The notes under the pieces were generated by a model. That model was given only the letters and a program-made list of their open reading frames with translations. It had not been told where the DNA came from and did no database searches. A DNA stretch of 62,874 bases, filler included, from Neolecta irregularis DAH-3 (lineage: Eukaryota), in the NCBI GenBank assembly GCA_001929475.1. It is 7 parts of 7 records of this genome, joined end to end, with 100 filler letters (N's around TTAATTAATTAA, not from the genome) between each part and the next. Parts side by side here need not be neighbours in the genome. Positions count along the whole stretch, not along the records: positions 8,741 to 28,303 come from LXFE01000595.1; positions 28,404 to 43,525 come from LXFE01000597.1; 5 more parts are not named here. One strand, 5' to 3'. The stretch's first letter is position 1. Every line of letters starts with the position of its first letter. The translations under genes and the position numbers were made by a program. Of this stretch, positions 23,966 to 36,451 are shown piece by piece.

Positions 23966-26900
23966 TTAGGATTCCGTCTTATCAGTAGACAAAGGTCTTT
24001 GAAAAATCTCATCACTTTCGACTGCTTTCAATTCAGGGATAGAGTGACGCTCATTGCTCGAAGTATAAAGTCTTGGTGATGGCTGAGTTGGGAGAGGAGA
24101 GGGTAGGATGCTACTCGTCCATTGTCCAAATGCAGGTGAATCCGGAGCACAGGGCAAGTGCGAGGGTCGAAGCGGGGGCAGGCTAATCTTACCGTCTTCT
24201 CCTTGTTCAAAAATTGATTTCGTGGGTGTAAGTCCCAAAGGGAACCAGCCGCGCTCAGGAGTGTGTTCATCAGCAGCGAAATAAGAGATTAATGGCTGGG
24301 AAGCTGGTCGTTTTTCAGTCGAGTATCGGCTACTGAGAGATAATGACGGTAAAGATTCGGCTCGCCAGGTCGGTCGATCATGACTAGTTAAAGATTCTGC
24401 CGGTGATATAAGCGAAAGTGAGTATCCCACGGTTGGAGTCATTGATATTTTCGGCAAAGATGACTCGGGACTGAATGGAACAGACGGATCTACGACAGTG
24501 GTATTGGTTTCAGATAATTTCGGAACCAAAGCTCTCAACTTTCGCTCCGCTTCATCTGCAATTGCGAGGAGCCCCGGCTCGTTCTTCAAGTAGAAGTTTT
24601 TGACCTGAAAAATCAGAACTTCGATCAATTTGTAGATAGAAAACCTGGACTTTGGTTTTTTGTGGTAATCCTTCTGCGATAGCAGTCCAATTCCGGCCAT
24701 TGATAGCTAGAAGCTTTTCAAGCTCGAATTTCTCCTCGACACTCCAATAAGAGTTTGTCATTGATCGCTTTACAGCCGGAGATGTTTGAGCAAAGCTTGT
24801 ATTAGAACGCTGAAACCCGCTTTCGGTATCTTTGTCTAGATGCAAAGGATCGGCTATCGAAACACCTTGTTGCAGAAACGTGAGAACAGTTGCAGCCTCT
24901 TCCTCGCGTGTATCTATAGGAGTTTCTTCTTTTCGAAGTTTCCCACCGCGTCCCCGTGCTCGTCCTCCAACTTTGGCGACTCGTTTTCGGGGAGCTCGGT
25001 CAACTGGCGTCAAGGAAACGTCTTGTCTCTCCTCTTCAATGGCCATGGCATCTTCCTTCTCGACTACTTTCTCGACTTCCTCCTCGACTTCCTCCTCCTC
25101 TTCATCATCAACTCTTAAATCCTTCATCAGGGCACTCTGTCGTCCCTTGGCTTTACCCTTCCCTATACCATGACGTTTCCCTTTTGGTGCAACCAGACGT
25201 CGATAATCCGAGAATTTCTTGGATCGGTAATAAAACAGAACGCAATCAGTAGCGCGTTTTCCATGCATTTCATTAGCAATCTTTCCAAATTGTTTCGGGG
25301 CTAGAGCGTAGGACTTTGCAAACATCTCTTTCTCTTCAGATGTCCATACAATTTCATCTTTACAACCATAGTGTTCAACAGGATATTGAATTAGATTGTT
25401 GTAATCTTGAATAAATGCCGATTTCTCGATCGGATCCAAAATCATTGGCGGGATAGAAGCACTGGTTAATTTTGCGCGTACATTAGGATCGCGAAGGTTT
25501 TCCTGCTCAAGCCGAAGAAGAATTTCCGAGAACTCCGCTTCAGAAAGGACAACATCCCCAACTGCAGTTCCGCGACGTGTATTTCGAGTCATCGAGTTAA
25601 CACTTGGACTGGGTTCAGAACTCTTCTTGGAATCTGCCTTTTCCAGTTTCATGCAGTAATTCTGCCATGATTCATATAATTCTTTATATTGAACCGCCAG
25701 TCTCTTCTCTTTATCCAGGGTTTTCGAACCTCTTTGTCGTAGACGAGTATAAATCGTTTTCCTAACCTCTGGACTGATTCTTTGAAAAGAATATCGGTTT
25801 AACGAACTATATGTGCGACCAGTATAGAGGTCATTGTCTTTAGTGATTGCTTGGCAATGGCTTTTAATTTGATCCAGTAATTCATTCTTGTCGTATTCAC
25901 TAGAGGAGGACGATTCAGGTTCTGTTTGCTTTGCAAGAGAAGCGATCTCTCCCTTGACTCGCTGCTGTTGCGATTGACACAATATAATTTCTTCTTGTTT
26001 AGAAATGATGTTCTGATCGAGTTGTTGCATCTCTTCAAACAGTTCTTCCTGATCGTCGACAACTGGGAAAGCGGTAGTTTTAACTGGGGAATCTGGAACA
26101 TATTCGGGCAATCGATGCGATGTTTCCAAGTCATTATCCCGTATAATTGTTATTGGTGTCAAAAATGAATCTAGGGTATCCACAGAACTCTGAGGATGGT
26201 CGACGTCCATCGCAGAAGGCGCAATTTGACCTTCTTCCATATCTTCTTCTAGCACGGGAATAATGGGAGTCGTATGATTTTTGAGAGATGTCTTCATTTC
26301 AACATCATCGGTCGGCGGGATTGGGCGAGATGGGGTCCGTGCAATGCCAATAGCTGATGAGCGAGATGAATGACTTTGCGATCTTTCGCGCGGGTAGCCA
26401 CTGGTTTTATCAAGTGGCCAGACCTTGAGGCCACTCTTTATCACTTCATCACCCTCAACAAGGGCACGCGTCGAATCCGCGCTGCTACGTTCAAACGCCT
26501 TTTTATTCTCGGGATGTTCGGACAACGAGGAGCTGTTTGTTGGGGGGCGGTGGCTGAAATTCTCCGGAACTCGGCAATCATGAAAGCACCTTGGGATCTG
26601 TGGATGGAAACTATCTGAGCGAGCGCGAGAAACAACTCTGGGGTCAGGGAGAGCAGAATCTAATTTTTGAGAAGCATTTTGTGCAGTCGACTCTGACTCG
26701 GATCGATATGATATATTGTGATTTCGTTCAGCGTTCCTGCCGGTGTCATACCGGTTCATCAGTCTTGTATCAGAGAGCCTGTAATCGATGAAATCGCCTG
26801 ACCGACGACTTGGAAAAGAATTTCTCGCAAAGATATGGTTTTCTGCACTTTCTGGTCGTATTCGTGGGGGAAGCGAATCAAGATAGGCCTTGTTACCGGG

Positions 26901-27457
26901 GAAGGAATTGGGAACGACTCCGTGATCTGTTCGAGAGTCGCGGGAATACCTAGAATCATGGCGTGGAGGATCACGTGAGGATCCCATTCGATCAGAGAAA
27001 GGTCGGTCTCGAGTTCTGAGCAACTCATCGCGCATAGTTCTGGGACCTGTTGGAATCCGAGGAGGAGATGGACTTTGAGAGTAGCTTCTATATCGTGAAA
27101 TGGAGGAGAGTTCGCGTCGAGAATCAGTATAATCGACTGGTCGATAGGAACGACTATCCAGATACCGTTGTGGACTTTAAAGATCAGCGATTGTAATAGT
27201 ATTCCGTACCGCATGGCTAAAGGCGCTATATGTGTATCTCTATCCCGCTCATTCTGCAAACATATCTGTCTTGGTCCAGTGTGGTAGCGAGGAGCGGTTG
27301 AGCTTGCCAAAGGACGATTTGAGGAATGCGACCGTCCATACGCAGCCGGTTCCCGTGAATAACTGTTCCTATCACGTCCTCGTTCTCTGTCGTACGATGA
27401 GGGATAGTATGGATCTGCTGATCGATATTCCGAACCATCACCGCGATAGTACGACAT
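23966..27457 (-). CDS. SANT-domain NCoR/Snt1-like HDAC-complex scaffold, 3 exons
   Basis: GDVVLSEAEF...IPPMI; SANT1 WTSEEKEMF...PKQFGKIA...CVLFYYRSKK; SANT2 SYWSVEEK...WTAIA..KTKVQ|VKNFY. Confidence 0.88.
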
Positions 27458-27961
27458 TGGCAATCCAGGTGGAAGGGAAACAGAACGAGTCACGTGGAAA
27501 GAAAGAAATATATACCTTTCACAATCAGGTGAACCAGATCCTCACAACCATATCATTTACCATCGATAGAATCCCCAGATACAATATAAAGGTGATTATG
27601 AAAGATTGCAGCAACTCATCTAGAAGGTATAATCAGGGACAGAGCAGCGAGCGCTCTAGATTGAGAGCTCGGACTCCAGACTCATTCAATCTCAACAGAC
27701 GCAGACAATACGATAATATTGTCGCAAAGAGTAATATTATACAATTTCGTTCCAGAGAACTCAAAGACAATCGTTTTCGAAACAAAAATAACAAAGGCCA
27801 TTCACTGAAAAAAACATGATATATTCTTTTCTCCGACAATCATGGAATTTACAATAAATCAAATATTGACATTAAGACATAATTTCTACAATGCGCCATT
27901 ATCAAGATATTACAATTAACCTTATTTACATTATGTTGTTGAATGATAGTCCAGAGTTTGC

Positions 27962-28303
27962 CTAGACAGCACGTTCACCCGCCTGTGCAAAATATGAACT
28001 GATTCCGGCCTTTACGCCCGAGACAACCGATGGCCCATATTTCGTCGCTACATTTAAAAGCGTTGACGCAACGCCACTAAGCTTGCTGCTAATGTTTTGA
28101 AATAAACCATCGAAAAAGCCACGCTTTTGTATATCGTTGCTGCGTCTTGCAACTGGTGGGGTAGGAACAGCTGAAGGTGTCGGTGCTGCTGCAGGAGCCC
28201 CTGAAGATGTCGGTGCTGCTGCAGGAACAGCTGAAGGTGTCGGTGCTGCTTCAGCAGCAAGCGCAGTAACCATGTCTCCCGCTACTTGTTGAGCCCCATC
28301 AAG
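27962..28303 (-). CDS. 3' part of a putative secreted precursor: Ala/Pro/Thr repeats, KR site, amphipathic peptide; 5' end cut by contig edge
   Basis: Frame is open to the contig edge; three 30-nt repeats (AAAPTPSAVP-like); RR and KR followed by GFFDGLFQNISSKLSGVASTLLNVATKYG... Confidence 0.65.
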   Translation of the reverse strand, partial: LDGAQQVAGDMVTALAAEAAPTPSAVPAAAPTSSGAPAAAPTPSAVPTPPVARRSNDIQKRGFFDGLFQNISSKLSGVASTLLNVATKYGPSVVSGVKAGISSYFAQAGERAV

Positions 28304-28403
28304 NNNNNNNNNNNNNNNNNNNNNNNNNNNNNNNNNNNNNNNNNNNNTTAATTAATTAANNNNNNNNNNNNNNNNNNNNNNNNNNNNNNNNNNNNNNNNN
28401 NNN
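28304..28403. other. Artificial contig spacer
   Basis: N-TTAATTAATTAA-N. Confidence 0.97.
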
Positions 28404-28500
28404 AGCAAGTAAATTAACAAGTAAGCAAGACTTGATATCCAAAATGAGCAAGTAAGCAAGTCCAAAGGCCAGACTTGGACTTACTTGATAGCAAGTCTGA
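28404..28500. mobile_element. End of an AGCAAGT/ACTTGCT-rich MITE-like repeat
   Basis: Reverse complement resembles 43415-43525 (both start TCAGACTTGCTA). Confidence 0.6.
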
Positions 28501-29270
28501 TTCTAATTAAAGAAATCCTCAAATATTTATTTTCAATCACTTCATAGAACATGTATTGTATGTCAATAAAGCTATGTAACCTCATGATTTATGGGGCTGT
28601 TGGCATTTTCTCCATCTTTGTGCGTAGTTCATTTGGTAAGCCGATTCGACCGAATTTCTTTTTGGGCCTTCACAACATACTCTAAACAAATTAAACCTTG
28701 GAAACTAGTTCCCTGAGTTTCAAGCTTTATGACAGATTCGATCTCAGCGGCAAAAGTGGTGAGATTCTTACAAAGCAGCAAAAGATTGAGCAACTTGTCT
28801 TCATCTATCTAGGACTCGGCGTGGATTCGAGCATATATTCTCTGAGCATGACTCCTACTTCGTAAAATAGAAGGAATTCAATCCAAATCAGGTGTTTCAG
28901 GCCTTTATACTGGTTGCTGAGAGTCCGGCATCTTGATTTGGCGGATGGCTGCAATAGCCACGAATAACAGGGCCTAGACTTGCAGGCCGAGGGATCATCC
29001 TGGAATTATTCACACCAGGACACTAAGAGTCGCTTCTCGCTAGTAAGAATGCCAGCAAGCATAAGATAAAAATTCTAAGAATGTCCTGCAAACAGATAAG
29101 GTGGAAAAAGACACATCCCTACTCTCAGAGAAAATTCCAGACCCAAGCAACATGCCACTTCAAACCAGGGGCAAAGACATCGGTGATGGACGAGTCCACC
29201 GCGTGACTATAGTTTCAAAAGCGTATTGGCTCAGGAGATACCATACCAAAATCACCTAGCATCTTCCTAG

Positions 29271-30272
29271 ATGAGAATATCCGATCAGACATCACCATTA
29301 ATACACGAAGAGAGCCTCTGCAATACTCTTCGTTTTATGGCCGAAGAGATCTTGAATGCTGCATTGTTGCCCTCCATTTTACCACACCTTTCACTGCCAT
29401 CGCTATTGGCTATATCATCGACGAATCGAATGTTGAGATATTATGTTTGGGAAATGTATCTTCCCGAGGAAATCGATTTCAGTAGTCTCCCACCGATTAC
29501 GCGCTCCAAGTTCAACAATTGCCAATTAATGGAAATCCTGAGTCTGCCTACTATGGGGAAGCTTCTGCAGAGAACCAAAAATATCAATTTATCATGTACT
29601 TTGATCACCGCCAATCGATTCGAAAATATTCTCATGTCCCTACGCAAACTGCAGAGTCTAACGTTATTTCGGTGCCCTTCGTTGACGGAAAAGACGTTTT
29701 TATTAGCTCTCCGGAAAATACCAAGACGGAAATTAGACATTAGGTTTGGTTGGGATTCTGGGTATTCAACAGTGACAACTTTCATCAGAACCCCGAAGGG
29801 AATCTGGGTAGATCGATATCCATGTCCATCAGGGGTTCACGGCCTCCCATACGATCCCACAGCAGAAGAGGAATGTTGTGAGTGTCGATTCTTGAGAAGT
29901 CGAGCTTGTAAAGAATGCATCAATGAACTGAGTAGTTGGAGCACCCAAGCTCCAAGTTGCGACATCTGTATTCGGCCAACATGCGATCGACATCTCTGTG
30001 AAACGAGTACTCAGTATGCTGCCAGTACAATATTTATGGATCGAGGTTTTGTCTGCGTTGAGTGTAATGTTAGTACACCCTGCACGATCTGCGTTGAAGG
30101 GAAAGTTCGGAGTGGAGCTGGATGTTTCTGGTGTCGAGCAGAAGTTTGTGAAGCTTGCTGGGAAGCAGAGATGAAACTGAAGGGGATGTATTATTTTTGT
30201 CGAAAATGTCGAGTTGTATCAAATGTCTGGAATGCAGGCTCGTTACATGGATCAGATTTCATCTTTTTTTAG
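29271..30272 (+). CDS. F-box/LRR-like protein with Cys-rich (multi-CxxC) C-terminus, intronless
   Basis: LLPSILPHLSLPSLLAISSTNRMLR (F-box-like), LRR-like LQSLTLFRCPSLT, and about 8 CxxC pairs. Confidence 0.65.
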   Translation: MRISDQTSPLIHEESLCNTLRFMAEEILNAALLPSILPHLSLPSLLAISSTNRMLRYYVWEMYLPEEIDFSSLPPITRSKFNNCQLMEILSLPTMGKLLQRTKNINLSCTLITANRFENILMSLRKLQSLTLFRCPSLTEKTFLLALRKIPRRKLDIRFGWDSGYSTVTTFIRTPKGIWVDRYPCPSGVHGLPYDPTAEEECCECRFLRSRACKECINELSSWSTQAPSCDICIRPTCDRHLCETSTQYAASTIFMDRGFVCVECNVSTPCTICVEGKVRSGAGCFWCRAEVCEACWEAEMKLKGMYYFCRKCRVVSNVWNAGSLHGSDFIFF

Positions 30273-30428
30273 GTGATATTTCTTTCAGAGATTTCTCATG
30301 TATACCGGCTGGAAATTTGGTATGGTATTAAGTCTCATCTAGTTTTGGAAGGTAGAGCATCTTAAAGCTTGCCTTCATGCCAATGACTTAAATCTTAAAA
30401 GTATAATTATAAAAAGAAACTTCAACAT

Positions 30429-31410
30429 TTAAAGAGTTTTCTGTTGAACCTTCCAGATACCCAGAGTATATGCAATACGAATGCAAATCAAATCCATTCC
30501 CATAACTGCGCTGTCCCTTGCAACATTCAGCCTCGAGCCTTGGACTTCCTTCCAGCTAATCGGGACCTCTTGAACCGGTATACCCATCATCTCAGCCAAC
30601 AGTAAAATTTCGACATCGAAAACCCAACCTTCAACATGCATGTTGGGAAATAATTGTTCGGCTGCTGCCCGCGTAAATAACTTGAAACCGCATTGCGTAT
30701 CTTTAATATTTTTAATACCGATGAGCCGCACAAACGAGTGGAATGAATACATTAAAAGATTGCGAATAAAACTTCTCTAGCGACCTTATCAAATTGTAAC
30801 CGAACGCGCATACCTTTACGACGGAATCAGTATTGACCATATGAGCTCGACTTCCAATGGCGATTCCATTCTCATTGATTCGTTCGAGTAATTTCTCCAA
30901 GTCATCGAATCTACTCGCGCCATCCGCATCTGCGAAAAGGATATACTGCCCCCTCGAGTGTTCAATCCCGTGCCTCACACATCCTCCTTTCCCGCGATTA
31001 TTCACTAGTTTAATAACACGTATATTTTCGCTCGAAAGACTTACTGCTGTGGAAAAAGTATCGTCTGTAGACCCATCGTCGACGATTAGTATTTCCCAGC
31101 TTCTAGGATACGTTGACAGGAAATTGAGAGTCTCTTTCAACATGAGAGGAAGTCTATTTCGTTCGTTATATGCTGGGATTACCACTGATAGGTGTACTTC
31201 CGCCGGCGAAGAGATTTCTGGTAATTCCATAGGTTCTTTTAAATTTATAGAATGATACTGACATTCTGAAGGGAGTAAGGCTTGTGGTCTGTAGGTGATT
31301 AATAGGAAAACAAGAAATGACTGGATGCGTAAGACAGTCAACCAAAGAAGATATACGCATAGTAGAAGAGCACAGAAAGCCAAAATGAAGAAGAGACTCC
31401 AGATAATCAT
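30429..31410 (-). CDS. ALG5: Dolichyl-phosphate beta-glucosyltransferase, 3 exons
   Basis: LSVVIPAYNE, EILIVDDGSTD, NRGKGG, LFADADGA, GSRAH, DTQCGFKLF. Confidence 0.95.
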
Positions 31411-31960
31411 TGCCCTCTGTATTGCAGCGGAGTTGGTTTATGGAGGTGTGTGGCTGCAAGAAACAAGGGGTGTGGTTGCTGGAAATCTGACATCGACAGT
31501 CGATCTCTGACTTTGCGACTTATGTAATCCGCTTGCCCATCTACTCGGGATATAAACACAATTAAACCATTTTAAACGCCATTAAGTGAAATGAATGATG
31601 ATACACAGATAGTACACTAACTGACCTTGATACGGTCTTTGTGACACTGTAGCACGAAAATGATATTATAATCTTTTGGAGGGTATTTTAAGGGGTCTCT
31701 TGTTTGGCTTTTCCTTTGGTCAAAGTCTAGGTTTCTATAACCGATGTGGCTATTCCTGTTCCTATAAGTAGACCTGTAGGTGCTTGCTTGTAGGACCGGT
31801 GAATAATGTTCTTTTCATTCAGCAAAGGAATCTAACCATCGTTTTTTTCTCATTTTATACAAGTCATCTAAGTCTGTAAAGCTCTACAATTGCAGCCTGC
31901 GTGTTACAGGCCATTCTCACCCGATAATAAGGGAGATTCTAGTCGTTCAAATGTAATATG

Positions 31961-32191
31961 TGTTCTGTCCCACCTGTGGAATCGTCCAACCTCACCACCA
32001 AATCTGTGACCGTCCTACCTGCAGAATCCCAAGCCTTTGATATTAAGTACCCATTTATAATGACCCACCTGTGGAATCGTCCAGCCTCACCACCAAACTT
32101 AATATCAAAGGGTGAGGTTGGTGGATTCTGCAGGTAGAACGGTCATAGATTTGGTGGTGAGGTTGGGCGATTCCACAGGTGGGACAGAACA
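31961..32191. mobile_element. Foldback MITE with ~70-bp terminal inverted repeats
   Basis: TGTTCTGTCCCACCTGTGGAATCG...CGATTCCACAGGTGGGACAGAACA; internal third copy of the TIR core at about 32064-32097. Confidence 0.85.
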
Positions 32192-32946
32192 TAAGGTAAT
32201 AAATACTTCCAGGTTTCCATTTAAGTCAGGACATGTAGCCCCATCTTTCTTCACAACCGATTTTTCAATTATTATTCATTATGAGGTAATATGAAATTAT
32301 CCGTAGTAATACACTAAATCCTTGATACACATAGTAATGGCAGGATCGAGAACAAAAGTCTGAGAAGATTTAAGAAAGATCTGGTAAGTAAGCACTGTCT
32401 CAACCTCCTGGACAGCAAGAAAGTGACTATTATTATTGAAAAAGACCTGAAATATTGTCAGCATTACCTCCAGAATAATAATGAGAATAAAAAGTACAAT
32501 GTATCAGATATCTCTCTATTCTCATTTAACATGTAGTTTCAACGAGCTGGGTTATAAAATTCGAGCCTAAGTGCTCTTGATCATCATGACCGAAGGGAGA
32601 TTGGAAATAACTGACGTACCTGTGGAGCTATGTGGTTGATGTAATCAAAGAATGGCTGGACATGCTCGATATGACGTCTTCCTAGGGGTCGGGTGAGTCG
32701 GTCTAAGACGATCCTCCATAAATCTTTGAGACAAAGCGGCGCTAAAACACAAGAAAAGACAATCTAGTCCAGTCAGAGAGGCGTGATGAGAGGAGCCGCT
32801 GGAAATATTATCGCGTGATTGGAGGACCAGTATTTGTAAGTGGGAAGAAAGTTTTTCTGCAACAAGACCACACATGGCCTGTTCCGATCTGTTCCGCACA
32901 GAACCTCCGGTTGTTTCCGTCTCCATATAACTCGCCTAACCTACAG

Positions 32947-33386
32947 ATGACAGATGAGTGGCAGGATGACTGGATCTTAAAGTCGGTATGAGCGCCAAGT
33001 CTTGAGTTATTAAATTACAGGAAGAAAAGTCTACCGCCGAAGAAATCTGGAAGGAAGCGTATCAACCTAGCGAAGCAGCTTTGATTAATAATAGTAATAG
33101 ATCAACCCCACAAATTACCATAAACAGCGACAAAACTACATATAGGCCAAAACTTCAGATACTTAAACGAACGACCTCAGAAGTAAAGGAGGAAATCGTC
33201 ACATGCTCGAGAGAAGTAGTAAGCAACGAAGAGCAGATAGATAAAGAGACGCGCTATCAGGAAGCGCGACAGAAGATTTTTGGTGGGGAGCCAGGTAAAG
33301 CCAAAGGTGTAGGACGACAGCCGAAGGGGCCAGGCAGAGGGGATGGGTTCTCGAGAGGGGGTGTGAAGGGAAAGTCTTCTTGCTAG
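32947..33386 (+). CDS. SUZ-domain RNA-binding protein (SZRD1-like), 3 exons
   Basis: EEIWKEAN...YRPKLQILKR...KETRYQEARQKIFG...RQPKGP..DGF. Confidence 0.8.
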
Positions 33387-33789
33387 AAAGTCCTTTTTCT
33401 GACTGTCTCTTTCGGCTTAAGGTTGGTAGTCTGGGTATGTTAACATGAGAAGTGTTGTACTGTTTTGCTACCCTTAGAATTACTGGGACCTAGAGTTCTG
33501 AGTGATAAGGCAGGGTCCTTTGTTCTTGAACAACATGATCGCAAGTAAGTATCACCGATACCGGTTGAAAACTCATATTTGATGCGCGCTTCATATGAAA
33601 TGTATCATGTTGGGTCATGCCAAATTATATCTAAATATCATACTCATACCTGGAAAGGCACACTGTACAGCCTGGGTGATACCAGAGACTAACAAGTTTC
33701 TATACGACTGCATATGTCATGCTGACTAATCTCCACATTTGTCACCTCCATCGCTACAACAATCTTCGAAGCAACACGCGGGATACAAA

Positions 33790-35016
33790 ATGACCATGGT
33801 ACAATGTCAGTTCTTCGTTGCTGTGAAGAATCGACTATGCCGGATGCAACCTAGAACTCTGGAAGAAAGATATTGTCCGACTCATGCTCCAGTATCGTGT
33901 TTTAAAGAATTTTACCAAATTTATAATCTACTTAGAGACCCGAAGAACGGATGCCATGCACATTTGACCCCTCTCATATGGTACTAAAGAAGAATTTTGA
34001 AAAACACCTTGCAAAGTGTAATCAGAAACCCATCGAGGATCACGACCAACCGGTCTACTTTAGGCGCGACCTCAATACAACTATGTCCACAGACAAACCT
34101 CGCATATCTTTAACAAACGAAGAAATTTACTTTTGGAAATCTCGAATAGAGGGAATTTTCGCATCTCTTCCAGAGATTTCTACTGAAATTCTTTCTCATC
34201 CACTAGTGTCAATGTGAGACTGAAAGCATAGCTTTATGATAATTATCCAGAACGGCAAATGTCAAGCATACATCTCAGCATTCATCCTTACTTGCCCACT
34301 TAGCTCAGAACTGCCTTGTAGATCCAAATAATCTATTTATTGAGTTTGGCGCTGGAAGGGGAGAACTTTCGCGTCAACTTAACAGAACATTACCTCTCCC
34401 ATCACAGTTCTTGGCAATCGACAAGAAGCGACCGCGACTGAGTCAAGTCAATCTGATTGTAAATGATTCGCCAAACTCACGGTCTCAAAAGATCAAAATT
34501 GACATTAAAGATCTTGACTTACGGAAAGCTATAGACCAAATATTCCCAGAAGAACGTCGCGGCATTGTGGTTTATTCGAAACATTTATGTGGTCAAGCCA
34601 CTGATTTGACAATAAATTGTCTGATTAACGCGGAGATAGCGTCGCGTTTAAAGGGAATTGTAATTGCATTCTGTTGTCACCAATGCTGTTCATTTGCTGC
34701 TTACCCCAGATTATCGAAGCAATGGCTTCAGGGATATGACATTTATGATAGAGAGTTTAATATTCTTTCTCAACTCTCTTCTTGGTGTGTTGATGGTCTG
34801 AGAATAACTGGTTCCGCGGGGTATTTAGGGGGCCATTCCTCTGGTCTGGTGCCTACCGAACGTGAAATGATCGGAAGAAAAGCCAAGAGAATACTCGATT
34901 ATGGGAGACTAGAGGCACTAAATGATTTAAATATGGAGGGCCGCCTTGTTCAGTATGTGGATAAAGAGAAAAGTCTAGAAAATGTGGTAGTGATAGCAGT
35001 GAAGAGAAAAACATGA
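33790..35016 (+). CDS. TRM13: tRNA:m4X 2'-O-methyltransferase, 3 exons
   Basis: CQFFV..KNRLC...YCPTH; CTFDPSH..HLAKC; IEFGAGRGELS; SKHLCGQATDL; FCCHQCC. Confidence 0.92.
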
Positions 35017-35210
35017 ATAAAGCCTGTTATTCAGGATCTGCAAGTGCAAATTAGATGTCTGGTATTTCATTTACATCTATAACCCTTAAAATGAACAGAA
35101 ACCCAAAGCGTATACAACTAGATAAGACCAAGACCAATGCTTGTGAATTGAGCTAAACAATTAAATATTTAGGGACAAACACGTATAAGGAACTGCAAGT
35201 GGATCATGCA

Positions 35211-36451
35211 TTAAACACGATAGATTTTCCATATATCTTGCAAAGTCTCTCCACAGCTGGGACAATCCTTAAGTAGTCCAGCACACGCGAAACAGACAAT
35301 GATATGATGACATGGTATACAAAGAGCGTTTTTCTCGTTTTTGGAACACATTTTGCACCATTTCAAATGCATCGATTCCCTCGCGATTTCGGCGGCTTTA
35401 TCACGTCGCTCTTTGATACTTACTAATGCTTGGTTTTCGTAGTGGAGACGAGTATGAGTTTCGATTATTTCTTGCAAGAGGGTTTTAACTCTCAGGTTCT
35501 GGTTATGAAAATCACCTAGTATGACCTCTTGTTCTGCAACAGATGAACCAGGAAGAGCAACACGATAGGTTGAGAAAGATTCGTAGAAAGCATTGTCAAT
35601 AATCGATTGGGCAAAGAAGGGCGACATTTCTGGGTAGACTTCTTCCAGGCATTTGTTCTTGAATCTCTGATTCCAAGATAGCTCGGCCCTTGCATGGTTA
35701 TCTGTGGTTTTGGTAGCGCGGAAACCGTGCATTCTCCAATTGCTAGGAATTTCCTTTCGAAACCGCCCAAATAACACTCTATAATTGCAACTTTGAACGC
35801 TTGGATTTCGCATATGTCCTGTCGGGCAGACAATCGTCCAAGCGTCGACCAGATCAGACCATTGATACTTGACCAATCGTCCGCATTGACACAATGGATG
35901 ATTATTGAACATACATTTCGGTATCCTATTGATCGTCTTAATGGAATACTGAGTCGCTATGGTGAACGACATCTCAGGACAGATCGTGGCTGCTTCGCGA
36001 ATCATGCTGATTAAAGCTTTTAATAGATTTCCACCCAAACATGAGATTCGCTCCCAAATTTCAGTGTGCATATGGAACCCGCAGATGAAGTTAACCGAAT
36101 GTCTAGACCTTGATGTTATAAATCTTTCTTCTCGAAGGGAAAACCCCACCTTTTCGTTGTTGGTATGAGGAGAGAACCGCAACCATACATAGAGCCTAGA
36201 GTTGACATATATTCTGTTGCATAATATCCACAAAAACATAACGGGCGCTTAGGAAGTGGCGCGAGGGGAAGTCTAAAGGGATGATTCTTGTTTCGCTCAA
36301 AAAAAGATCGATCAAATTGGTGAGAAGCCATAACCATGTATTCCAGATTTCTGGAAGATTCGATCAATGGAATACAGGGAGGTGGGCATAATGAGACGAA
36401 ATGATTATTGGTGTAGTGGTGAAAGACTTGGAATGTACAAGGAATATCCAC
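35211..36451 (-). CDS. Protein with two GRF-like Zn motifs, a coiled coil and a C-terminal C3HC4 RING (IAP/MGRN-type); 5' end uncertain
   Basis: PLCFCG...CG|...CGFHMH; PLCQCG...CP...CNY; CKMC...PCHH..CFAC...CPSC. Confidence 0.75.

Noticed and set aside
27232-27819. 195-aa plus-strand ORF and similar antisense ORFs (e.g. 44487..45236, 23466..23927)
   Set aside because: These are antisense shadows of, or overlaps with, well-supported genes.
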